The position numbers were made by a program, and so were the translations under genes. This document shows, piece by piece, positions 11,271 through 21,152 of a stretch of 64,000 nt of DNA. The notes beneath the pieces are model-generated. The model was not told the DNA's origin. It was given only the letters and a program-made list of their open reading frames with translations, and did not search any database. Origin of the DNA: Bradymonadia bacterium (lineage in GTDB: Bacteria > Myxococcota_A > Bradymonadia > UBA7976 > UBA1532); assembly GCA_046290225.1 (NCBI GenBank), contig JBKAGE010000037.1, forward strand, positions 1 to 64,000. The letters are read 5' to 3'. Each line of letters begins with the position of its first letter. Within the stretch, counting starts at the first letter, position 1.

Positions 11271-11627
11271 TCAGAGCCCCTCTTTGGCCACGGCCTTCAT
11301 GGCCTGCTCGATGGGGATCTGGTAGCGACCGTTCTCGAGCTTCTTGTACCCGGTGAGGGCCTCGTTCTCGGTCTTTTCGAGGGCCTCGAGCTCGTTCCCG
11401 ATCTGGGAGCGGGCGTAAACCTTCGTCTCTTCTTCGCTGTCGATGGCTTTGAAGAAGTAGGCGGTGAGGCCACCGATCGACAGGATGACCAGCAGCAACA
11501 TCACCATGCCCCACCCGAAGAGGAGGCCGGGGTTCACCTGGTCGGGCTCCGCTGCAACGGTGCCGTGGTGGTCATGATCGTGATCGTCATGGCCGTGATC
11601 AGCGTGCGTGGCATCAGACATTGTCAT
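11271..11627 (-). CDS. actG: Alternative complex III small subunit (ActG-like)
   Basis: Single TM helix; YQIPIEQAMK tail; position after actF; His-rich N-terminus; start may be 11621. Confidence 0.65.
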   Translation of the reverse strand: MTMSDATHADHGHDDHDHDHHGTVAAEPDQVNPGLLFGWGMVMLLLVILSIGGLTAYFFKAIDSEEETKVYARSQIGNELEALEKTENEALTGYKKLENGRYQIPIEQAMKAVAKEGL

Positions 11628-12840
11628 ACTCCATCGATGCGATCAGCTGCGGATCCTTGTGAGCCACGATGGCGCCGCTGGCAAACCGGCGTGCGTACAT
11701 CGCGACGAAGATGCCACCCATGCCCACCCACGTGGCCACGTTGAGCCAGTGGAAGTGGGGACCGCCGTGACCAGCGCCCTCGTGGGGCATGGTGGGCATG
11801 ACCACATAGTACAGGTCCAGGTAGTGAAGGACCAGCAGCCATGCAGAGACAAGGCCGAGGACCTTCCGGTTGCGCTTCATGTGCCGACTCATCAGCACAA
11901 AGAAGGGGGCAAGGAAGTGCCCAAAGGCGAGAACCCAGAAAAGGTTCTCCCAACCGTTATGTTTACGCATAAAGAACCATGCAGTCTCTTCGGGAATGTT
12001 CGCGTACCAGATGAGCATGTACTGGCTGAACGACACATAGGCCCAGAAGATGACGAAACCGAACAGCATCTTGCCCACATCGTGCAGGTTGCCCACGGTG
12101 ATCGTGTTGGTCAAAGCGCCATTGCTCTGCAGCCACATCGAAGAGAGCCCCAGGCAGGCGTAAAGCGACACCATGCAGCCCGCAAAGGTGTAGACACCGA
12201 ACATGGTGCTGAACCAGTGGGGATCGGTGCTCATGAGCCAGTCGAAGGCGGCGAAGGTGACGCTCATGGCGGTGAACATCATGAGCACCGGGGCCGCACG
12301 ACGCATCTTGTGGGTGTGCTTGGGATCGCCGTCGGCATCCTGAGCGACGCTCTGGGTCCGGAAGAACCAGGCGGCGCCGGAGAGCACCACGAGGTAGAAG
12401 ATCGCCCGGCCGATGAAGAAGCCCGAGTTCAAGTACCCTGCCTTGTGCTGCAGGATCTTGTCGGTGGCCATCACGTCTTCGTGGGTCCAGTGGTAGAGGT
12501 GGTGCATGCCGATGATGACCGGGATGAACAACACCGCCATCACGGGCAGGTTGAAGGCGAAGTTCTCCGCGAGCCGGCGCAGACCGGCGCTCCAGCTGCC
12601 GCGGCTCAGGTGGTGGAACAGCACGAAGACGAGACCGCCCACGGCGATGCTGAACCAGAAGAAGAACGACACGAGCCACGAGAAGTAGAAGTTGTTCTGC
12701 GTGCCCTCGTCACCGCCGAGGCCAACACCGAGGCTGGCGCCGAGGCCGACGATCCCGAGGCCGAGGCCGATGTTGAACACCGGCTTCCAGACCGAGGCGT
12801 CGAGTGTGGGCTTATCTGAGAAGGTCTTGTGGTGTCCCAT
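11614..12840 (-). CDS. actF: Alternative complex III membrane subunit F
   Basis: ~10 TM helices; LYHW, DWLMSTDPHWFSTMFG, HDVGK, FSQYMLIWYANIPEE. Confidence 0.9.
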   Translation of the reverse strand: MGHHKTFSDKPTLDASVWKPVFNIGLGLGIVGLGASLGVGLGGDEGTQNNFYFSWLVSFFFWFSIAVGGLVFVLFHHLSRGSWSAGLRRLAENFAFNLPVMAVLFIPVIIGMHHLYHWTHEDVMATDKILQHKAGYLNSGFFIGRAIFYLVVLSGAAWFFRTQSVAQDADGDPKHTHKMRRAAPVLMMFTAMSVTFAAFDWLMSTDPHWFSTMFGVYTFAGCMVSLYACLGLSSMWLQSNGALTNTITVGNLHDVGKMLFGFVIFWAYVSFSQYMLIWYANIPEETAWFFMRKHNGWENLFWVLAFGHFLAPFFVLMSRHMKRNRKVLGLVSAWLLVLHYLDLYYVVMPTMPHEGAGHGGPHFHWLNVATWVGMGGIFVAMYARRFASGAIVAHKDPQLIASMEYDNV

Positions 12841-12841
12841 C

Positions 12842-13456
12842 TTACTGCCTCCCTCGCTCTTCCGCGGGCACGTCTGCAGCGCTGGCGAACTGGCTGCGCT
12901 GGAGCGCCCGAATGTAGGCCACGATGGCCCAGCGATCCTCGGTGGGGATCTGGTGCCGGTAGGCGGGCATGGTGCGCACGCCGTTGCTGATCACGTGGTA
13001 CAGCTCGCCCACGGGCATGGCCCGGAGACGATCCTGATGGTAGGTGGGCGGGGGCACGAGGCCACGGGAGACCACCACGCCCTTGCCGGCGCCGGTCTTG
13101 TCGTGACAGGGGGAGCAGTAGATGTTGTACCGCTCCTGGCCCCACGTCAGCACGTCCATGTCCACGGCGATGGGCAAGGTGGTGACGAAGTTCCCCTCGG
13201 CATCTCTGCCGCGGTAGAGGGCGTCGTCGGCCTTGAGCATGCCCCGCGCCACGGTGCCCCGAGGGGGGACCCGCATGGTGCGCGCGTCGTCGAAGATCTT
13301 GCTCTGCCCGAAGGGCATGTACTTGTCCTGGAAGTCCATGTTCTGGTTCAGGTGAACCGGAGGCTCCCGGGAGACCTCCCCACGACACCCGGCGAGGGCG
13401 GTGAGGGCCACCGTGGCGACGAGTACGCTCTGGAACGCCTTACGCAAAGAGTTCAT
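12842..13456 (-). CDS. actE: Alternative complex III monoheme cytochrome c lipoprotein
   Basis: Start at MNSLRK (13456); lipobox LAGC; GQERYNIYCSPCH; MPAY; DRWAIVAYIRALQ. Confidence 0.9.
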   Translation of the reverse strand: MNSLRKAFQSVLVATVALTALAGCRGEVSREPPVHLNQNMDFQDKYMPFGQSKIFDDARTMRVPPRGTVARGMLKADDALYRGRDAEGNFVTTLPIAVDMDVLTWGQERYNIYCSPCHDKTGAGKGVVVSRGLVPPPTYHQDRLRAMPVGELYHVISNGVRTMPAYRHQIPTEDRWAIVAYIRALQRSQFASAADVPAEERGRQ

Positions 13457-13461
13457 GGCGA

Positions 13462-13990
13462 TCAGTCCTCCACCAGGGTGACGTTGCGCCCCCCGAGCTT
13501 CTCGAGGGCGGCACGGCTCATGTCGACGCTGAACTTCGGGTCTTTCGACTCGATGGTCATGAAGAAGGCGTCGTCGGTGACCCGCTTGAACCGCTCGATG
13601 CGGTCGAGGGGGTGGTAAGGCCGAGGCAACTTGTTGAGGGCGAACATGCCGAAGACGGTGCCGAAGGCGCTCAACAGCACGGTGAGCTCGAACATGATGG
13701 GCATGCCGAACTCCCAGGCGAAGAGCGGCTTGCCGCCGATGACCAGGGGGTAGTCCACGGCGCCGGTCCACCACTGGAGCAGCACGGCGCAGGTGAGCCC
13801 GGTGAGGCCCATGGCCAGCGCGATCCACGGCACCTTGGAGCCGCCGAGGCCCATGGCATCGTCCATCCCGTGGATCGGGAAGGGAGACCACGTCTCGAAC
13901 TTGGTGTAGCCCTGCTCTCGCAGCGATTGAGCGGCTTCGAGCAGTCGGGCGGGGTTATCGAACTCGGCGCAGAGGCCCCAAACGCGACGA

Positions 13991-13998
<8 letters not shown>
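13462..13998 (-). CDS. actD: Alternative complex III subunit D (DUF3341 type)
   Basis: [25 protein letters not shown]. Confidence 0.9.
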
Positions 13999-15406
<1,408 letters not shown>

Positions 15407-15409
15407 GCC

Positions 15410-18400
15410 TCAGCCCTCCAGCTCGGGGTTGGGGTTGCTGATCTTCGCGAGGAACGAAGTGCGGTTCTTCAGGTTCAGCTCGCTGAGGATGGTGTAATCC
15501 CGCTCACGGGCCTTGGCCTTGGTCACCGCGCTGCCCTTGTTGTTGATGTCACCGAAGACGATGGCACCGGAGGGGCACGCCTGAGCGCAGGCGGTGGTGA
15601 GGTTGTCCATGATGGACTTGGCCTTGCGATCGTCAGGGGCGAGCTTGGCGTTGAGCTTCGACTTGTTGATGCGCTGCACGCAGTACGTGCACTTCTCCAT
15701 GACACCGCGGAAACGCACGGTGACGTTGGGGTTGCGCGCCATCTGAATCAGCTCGGGCCAGGACTTGGTGTAGTTGTAGAAGTTGAACCGCCGCACCTTG
15801 AAGGGGCAGTTGTTCGAGCAGTACCGGGTGCCGATGCACCGGTTGTACACCATGTCGTTGAGCCCCTCGGGGCTGTGCACGGTGGCGGCCACCGGGCACA
15901 CGTTCTCGCAGGGGGCGTTCTCGCACTGCTGACAGTTCAAGGGCTGGTGGAGCACCCGGGGGTTCTCGGCGTCGCCCTCGAAGTAGCGATCCATGCGGAT
16001 CCAGTGCAGCTCGCGACCGCGCATCACCTGGTCTTTGCCGACAGGCGGGATGCTGTTCTCGGCCTGACACGCCACGAGACAGGCGTTGCAGCCGGTGCAC
16101 TTGGTCAGGTCGATGGCCATGCCCCACTGGTAGCCCTTGGAGTAGTCGTGCTCCTTGTAGATGGCCTCCGTCGGGGGATGCACCACCGGGGCGCCCTGGG
16201 GGAAGGGCTTGCCGTGCTCGATGATCCCGGGCTTGGCGAAGTCGGGCTTCTTGGCGAAGCCGGCGATGGTGTTCTCGCGAACGAGGGGCCGGTCGACGTA
16301 GCCGGGGGCCACCTCGGGGTCGTACCCCGCCTGGCGGCCGTAGCGCTGCACACAGGCCACCTTGAAGGCGTTCCCGGTGGACTTCAGCGTGGCGCCGAAG
16401 GCGATGTCGGGGTTCGCCGCGGTGCGCATGGGGTTCACGTTGGCGCCCACAGGGCCCGAGGCGTGGTAGGTCAGGTAGCTGTTGAAGTACCGACCGAAGC
16501 CTACGGCGAGGGCCACAGTGTTGGCGGCCAGACCCGGCAGGATCCAGGCAGGCACCTTCACTGAAGCGCCGTTCACGGTGACCTCGACCTCCTGCTCGTT
16601 GGCCACGCCGAGGGCTTCGGCGGTGGCAGGGCTGAGCAGCGCGGCGTTGTCCCACGTGATCTTGGTGAGGTTGTCCGGGGTCTCCATCATCCAGCCGTTG
16701 CCGCCGAAACGCCCGTCCCACATGTGGGCGGTCTCGTAGAAGATCACCTCGAGGGCGTCTTTACTCGGCGTCTTGGGGGTGGGCCGGTTCTCGAAGAAGC
16801 TACCGGCGGGCATGCCGGGCTGAGCCGTGAGGGCGGTGAAGACGCGCTCGGCGACGACGCCGTCGTGCAGCATCTTGCGCCAGGCCTTGAAGAAGCCGTT
16901 GGACCCGAGCTTCTGCTTCCAGGCGCCGCGGACCACGTCGTGGCTGCTGGTCTTCTCGTCACCGAGCAGCATGGCCAGGACCTCGACGTCGGCCTTGGCG
17001 CCGAAGATGGGGTCGATGAGCGGCTGCTGGATGCTCACGGTGCCGTCGGTGGCGGTGATGTCACCCCAGCTCTCGAGGAAGTGCGCCCGGGGGAACACGT
17101 GGGTGCTCGCCGCGGCGGTCTCGTCGATGATGGCCTCGAGATCCCGATCGCTCTGGTTGGGGAACTCTTCGACGTGCTTCACCTGAGGCGCGTGATGGCT
17201 GAAGGTGATGCGGGTCTTGGCCTTGGCGAAGGCCTCGGCCACCTTCACGTCGCCGGGGGCGGTGAAGAGCGGGTTGGTGCCGAGGTTGATCACCGTGGTG
17301 AACTTGCCGCTGTTGAGGCCCTCGACGAGGCGCTTCAGGTTGTCGGCGTCGCCGATCTCGAGCACGGGCCGACGGGTGTCGGGGTAGTACTGGACCAGGC
17401 TGCCGTGGGCGGCGAGGGCGCCGTTGATGAGCACGGCGAGGGCGTGCACCGCCGGGGACTGCCGGCGGCCGGCGAAGACGATGGCGCGCTTGCGGGCCTT
17501 GAGCAGGTCAGCGACGAGGACCTTGACGAACTTGGCCTCTTCTTCGCTGAGCTTCGCGGCGCCGTACTGGTCGATGAACTTCTCGGTGCCGACGGCGAAG
17601 GCGGCCTTGCCATCCTTGAGGCCCTTGGCCACGGCCCAGGCGATGGCCTCGACGCGGCTGGCGGGCACCCGGAGGCGGTGCTCGGCGTTGGTACCGGTGG
17701 TGCTGTAGAGGCCCTCGACGGCGTACAGGCGGCTCATGTTCTCCGCCTGCTTGGCGGGGCTCATCTTCCGCAGCCGCTCGATGTCGCGGGTGGCACCCCA
17801 GAGCTTGCCGTTGCGCACCGACTCACCCTCGGAGTGGAGGAAGTCGGAGTCGAAGGACACCAGGACCCGCGCCCGGTCGAAGCGGTACTGGGGGATGGAG
17901 GCGGTGCCGAGGACGGCCTTGATGCCCGCCCGCTGGTTGTCTTCGCTGATACCCTCGTAGGTGAACCACTTCGCCTGGTTCAGGTCACCCTGGAGCACCC
18001 GCTTGCGCAGAGCATCGAGGGTGGGCGAGGCCTTGGCGCCGGCGATGATGGCCAGGCCCTGGCCCTTGCTGGCCCGCAGAGCCTCGAAGGTCTTCTTGAG
18101 GGCGGCCTCGCCAGCAGCCCAGTCCACGGACTCGCCGTTGACGACGGGGCGGGTGAGGCGCGAGGGATCATAGAGCTCGTGAATCTGCGCCAGGTGAGGG
18201 GCGGCGCAGGCGCCGAAGCTGCTGGTGTGCTCCGGGTGGCCCTCGATCTTCGTGGGGCGGCCCTCGTGGCTCTCCACGATGAGGCCCATGGCCCGGCCGT
18301 TCACCTGAGCGGCGGTGGCGTAGAACTGAGGCACGCCGGGGACGAGATCCTCAGGGGCCTTGCTGTAAGGCAGGATCTTGTCTTCGGGGCGGCGGACGCA

Positions 18401-18649
18401 GCCCGCGAGACCCGCGGCGGCGACGCCCATACCCACGGCGCCCATGAAGCCACGACGGGTCTGACCACCGCCAGTAGCGATCTGCGCACCACCGTCCTCG
18501 GGGACCTCGGGAGACAGGCCGCCGTGCTTCTCGAAGTCGATCGGCAGCTTGTCGGCGAACTCTTTGGCCTCGGCCTCAGCGAAGGCCTCCGTGCCGTGCA
18601 GCTCGTCGAGGCTGCGCCAGTAGCGACGATTCTTGGTCTTCGTGTTCAT
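15410..18649 (-). CDS. actB: Alternative complex III subunit B (molybdopterin-oxidoreductase-like domain plus Fe-S domain)
   Basis: YWRSLDEL; Tat motif TRRGFM followed by LAGC; EGRPTKIEGHPEH; CTGCNAC, CQQCENAPCENVCP, CIGTRYCSNNCP, CTYC, CAQACP; ATGA overlap with actA. Confidence 0.95.
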   Translation of the reverse strand: MNTKTKNRRYWRSLDELHGTEAFAEAEAKEFADKLPIDFEKHGGLSPEVPEDGGAQIATGGGQTRRGFMGAVGMGVAAAGLAGCVRRPEDKILPYSKAPEDLVPGVPQFYATAAQVNGRAMGLIVESHEGRPTKIEGHPEHTSSFGACAAPHLAQIHELYDPSRLTRPVVNGESVDWAAGEAALKKTFEALRASKGQGLAIIAGAKASPTLDALRKRVLQGDLNQAKWFTYEGISEDNQRAGIKAVLGTASIPQYRFDRARVLVSFDSDFLHSEGESVRNGKLWGATRDIERLRKMSPAKQAENMSRLYAVEGLYSTTGTNAEHRLRVPASRVEAIAWAVAKGLKDGKAAFAVGTEKFIDQYGAAKLSEEEAKFVKVLVADLLKARKRAIVFAGRRQSPAVHALAVLINGALAAHGSLVQYYPDTRRPVLEIGDADNLKRLVEGLNSGKFTTVINLGTNPLFTAPGDVKVAEAFAKAKTRITFSHHAPQVKHVEEFPNQSDRDLEAIIDETAAASTHVFPRAHFLESWGDITATDGTVSIQQPLIDPIFGAKADVEVLAMLLGDEKTSSHDVVRGAWKQKLGSNGFFKAWRKMLHDGVVAERVFTALTAQPGMPAGSFFENRPTPKTPSKDALEVIFYETAHMWDGRFGGNGWMMETPDNLTKITWDNAALLSPATAEALGVANEQEVEVTVNGASVKVPAWILPGLAANTVALAVGFGRYFNSYLTYHASGPVGANVNPMRTAANPDIAFGATLKSTGNAFKVACVQRYGRQAGYDPEVAPGYVDRPLVRENTIAGFAKKPDFAKPGIIEHGKPFPQGAPVVHPPTEAIYKEHDYSKGYQWGMAIDLTKCTGCNACLVACQAENSIPPVGKDQVMRGRELHWIRMDRYFEGDAENPRVLHQPLNCQQCENAPCENVCPVAATVHSPEGLNDMVYNRCIGTRYCSNNCPFKVRRFNFYNYTKSWPELIQMARNPNVTVRFRGVMEKCTYCVQRINKSKLNAKLAPDDRKAKSIMDNLTTACAQACPSGAIVFGDINNKGSAVTKAKARERDYTILSELNLKNRTSFLAKISNPNPELEG

Positions 18650-19341
18650 CGGTGGCACCCCGAGCAATGCAGCGGCGGGTTGATGTTGTTCTCTTCCTTG
18701 AGCTTCGTGCCCACGGCGAGCTGGTCACCGCCCTCGGGCTCGTACCCCATCACCGTCACCATCTCCGGCGGGCGGAGGTGGTTCTCGGGGGCCCGGTGGC
18801 ACTCGAGGCACCAGCCCATGTTGAGGGGCTGGTCCTGACGCACCTCGATCATCTGATCGATGCGGCCGTGGCAGGACTCACACCCGACGCCGGCGGCGAT
18901 GTGGGCGTTGTGCTGGAAGTAAGCGTAGTCGGGGGTCTTGTGCACCCGGACCCAGGGGATGGGCTTGCCGGAGGCGAAGCTCTCCCGCACCGGGAGCAGC
19001 TTGGGGCTCTCGGTCTTGATCTGCCCGTGGCAGTTCATGCAGGTCTGCGTGGGCGGCACCCCGGCGTGAGCACTCTTCTCCACACCGGTGTGGCAGTAAC
19101 GGCAATCGATGCCGAGGCTGCCAGCGTGGAGCTTGTGGCTGTAGGGCACCGGCTGCTTGGGCATGTAGCCCACGTCGGTGTACTTCGGTGAGAAGTAGTA
19201 CCAGACGGCGGCGATGATCATCACCGTACCGAGGCCACCAGCCACCGTCATGATGGCTGGCACCTTGTTGTGCCAGGAGGGGAAGACGAAGTGAGGTCGC
19301 CTCTCTTCGTTTCCGGCGTTGCCGTGTTCCTTTTCGCTCAT
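18646..19341 (-). CDS. actA: Alternative complex III pentaheme cytochrome c
   Basis: N-terminal TM helix; QPVPYSHKLH; five CxxCH motifs (CRYCH, CMNCH, CESCH, CLECH, CSGCH). Confidence 0.95.
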   Translation of the reverse strand: MSEKEHGNAGNEERRPHFVFPSWHNKVPAIMTVAGGLGTVMIIAAVWYYFSPKYTDVGYMPKQPVPYSHKLHAGSLGIDCRYCHTGVEKSAHAGVPPTQTCMNCHGQIKTESPKLLPVRESFASGKPIPWVRVHKTPDYAYFQHNAHIAAGVGCESCHGRIDQMIEVRQDQPLNMGWCLECHRAPENHLRPPEMVTVMGYEPEGGDQLAVGTKLKEENNINPPLHCSGCHR

Positions 19342-19495
19342 CGCTTCCAGTACCCCGTGGTGTCCGGTTGCAGTGCCAGGATGCGGCTTCGGTCGCAGTG
19401 CCTGGTCTCAGTGCCCGGGCCGACCCCTCTCTCCCGAAGGAGGTGAGGATGGGCGGGTGCCTTCACAAGAAGATCGTCTTTCGGGCGAGCGTATC

Positions 19496-19512
19496 CGCAA
19501 GGGATATGCCAG
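19496..19512 (-). promoter_or_regulatory. sigma54 -24/-12 promoter of the act/oxidase operon
   Basis: CTGGCATATCCCTTGCG with exact GG-N10-GC spacing; predicted +1 at ~19485. Confidence 0.75.
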
Positions 19513-19581
19513 CCGTTTGGGCGGCGCATATTAAGCACCGCAAGTGCCCGAAGTCCATCCCTTTTTCAGCCATGATCAGGT

Positions 19582-19614
19582 GCGGCAGAACGTCGCACCG
19601 CGGCAAATCGCCAC
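19582..19614. promoter_or_regulatory. Two tandem RegA/RegR-type boxes, candidate upstream activator sequence
   Basis: GCGGC-AGAAC-GTCGC (19582-19596) and GCGGC-AAATC-GCCAC (19600-19614), about -97 to -129 from the predicted +1. Confidence 0.6.
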
Positions 19615-19673
19615 ACCGCTTTTTGGAGGGACATACAATACTGTCACGTCACGGTCGGGCGCGGTGGGGAAGG

Positions 19674-21053
19674 CTAGGGATTATCCCCAGCAAAATCATC
19701 ATGCTCCAGGCCCCATGCCTTGAGCTTGCGCTGGAGGGTACGGCGGTTGATGTCGAGGATCCGGGCCACCCGAGTGATGTTCTTGTGGTGGGCCAGCAGC
19801 CGCTCGATGTGCCTGCGCTCCACCGCTTCGAGACTGATCTCTTCTATGACGTCGGATTGTGGCGGCGGTGGTGGCATCGTACCGGCGCTGGAGAAGGGGT
19901 TGGCGGCGAGCATCCGCCGTACGAGGGCACCATCGACGTCGCCGTCGACGGCGAAGAGCGCCACTCGACGGGCCAGGTTCACGAGCTCTCTCACGTTCCC
20001 GGGCCAGGGGTGAGCCAGCAGCGCCGCATGGGCGTCGTCGCTGAAGTTGAACGGCCCCCGGGCCACGCGATCGAGCCAGTGGGTCATGATGGGCACGATG
20101 TCGTCCCGACGCACCCGCAAGGGGGGCAGCTCGAGGGGCAGCACCTGCAACCGGTAATAGAGGTCTTCTCTGAAGCGCCCTGCTTTGACCTCCTCGTGCA
20201 ACTTGCGATGTGTGGCGGCGATCAGCCGGCCCCGGAACGACACCTCCCGGGTCTCACCCACAGGGCGGAAGCTTCGGGCTTCGAGCACGCGGAGCAGCTT
20301 CGCCTGATGCTCGATGGGCAGCTCGGCCACCTCGTCGAGAAACAGAGTGCCCTCCCCCACCTCTTCGAAAAGGCCCACCTTGCGTCGATCGGCGCCGGTA
20401 AACGCCCCTTTAGCATGGCCGAAGAGCTCCGACTCGATGAGATCAGGGGGCAGGCAGGCCATATTGATGGGGATGAAAGGCTGCGCCACTCGAGGTGACT
20501 GCTGGTGCAGAAACCGCGCGGCCACCTCTTTTCCTGTACCTGTCTCCCCTGTGAGGAGGACCGGCTCGTCTGCGCCAGCGAGCCGGGTGAGCAGCGCCCT
20601 CAGCTGCTCTGTGGCGGGGCTCTGGCCCACGAGATCCACCCCACCGGCCTCCTGGGCGGCAGCTTGCCGCAGGACCGGCGCGAGGCCATCACCGTCGACA
20701 GGCTTCATCAAGAAGGTGTACGCCCCGAGGCGCATGGCCTCTACAGCGTCGGGCACGGTGCCGTGGCCAGTGAGCACCACCACGGGCATCGAACGCCCTG
20801 GTGTCTGCCTCAACACGTCGAGGCCACCCAAACCCGGCATACGCAAATCGAGCACGGCGACGTGCGGGGCCTCGGGATCATCGTGGGCGGCGTTGAAGGC
20901 CCCGACGGCGGCTTCTCCATCGCCGAGCTGAGAGACCGAGAAACCCCTTCGCCTCAGCGCCTTGGCCATGGCAATTCGAAAGGGCTCATCGTCGTCGATG
21001 AGGAGCACGCGCAGCTTTTGAGTCGGTGCCGGATCGGTTGACGCTCGGATCAT
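19674..21053 (-). CDS. sigma54-dependent response regulator (REC-AAA+-HTH) with RegA/PrrA-like receiver and HTH
   Basis: Start 21053 (AGGAG RBS); LLIDDDEPF, VLDLRMP, KP; GETGTGKE, ESELFGHAKGAFTGA, LFLDE, WPGNVREL; C-terminal RRTLQRKL. Confidence 0.9.
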   Translation of the reverse strand: MIRASTDPAPTQKLRVLLIDDDEPFRIAMAKALRRRGFSVSQLGDGEAAVGAFNAAHDDPEAPHVAVLDLRMPGLGGLDVLRQTPGRSMPVVVLTGHGTVPDAVEAMRLGAYTFLMKPVDGDGLAPVLRQAAAQEAGGVDLVGQSPATEQLRALLTRLAGADEPVLLTGETGTGKEVAARFLHQQSPRVAQPFIPINMACLPPDLIESELFGHAKGAFTGADRRKVGLFEEVGEGTLFLDEVAELPIEHQAKLLRVLEARSFRPVGETREVSFRGRLIAATHRKLHEEVKAGRFREDLYYRLQVLPLELPPLRVRRDDIVPIMTHWLDRVARGPFNFSDDAHAALLAHPWPGNVRELVNLARRVALFAVDGDVDGALVRRMLAANPFSSAGTMPPPPPQSDVIEEISLEAVERRHIERLLAHHKNITRVARILDINRRTLQRKLKAWGLEHDDFAGDNP

Positions 21054-21152
21054 GACGCCATCTCCTGGTGCAGTCGATGCGATCAATGTTAGCAAGACCT
21101 GAGCCGACAATCGGCCACCCTTCAGAGAGTCGGACAGCGCAGTAGAAGGTGG

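Noticed and set aside
13457..13891. Apparent 349-aa ActE
   Set aside because: The extension overlaps actD in another frame; the lipoprotein signal begins at 13456.
15410..18649. ActB as an active molybdoenzyme for anaerobic respiration
   Set aside because: The gene context is ACIII, where this domain is known to lack the Mo cofactor, and no Moco genes are nearby.
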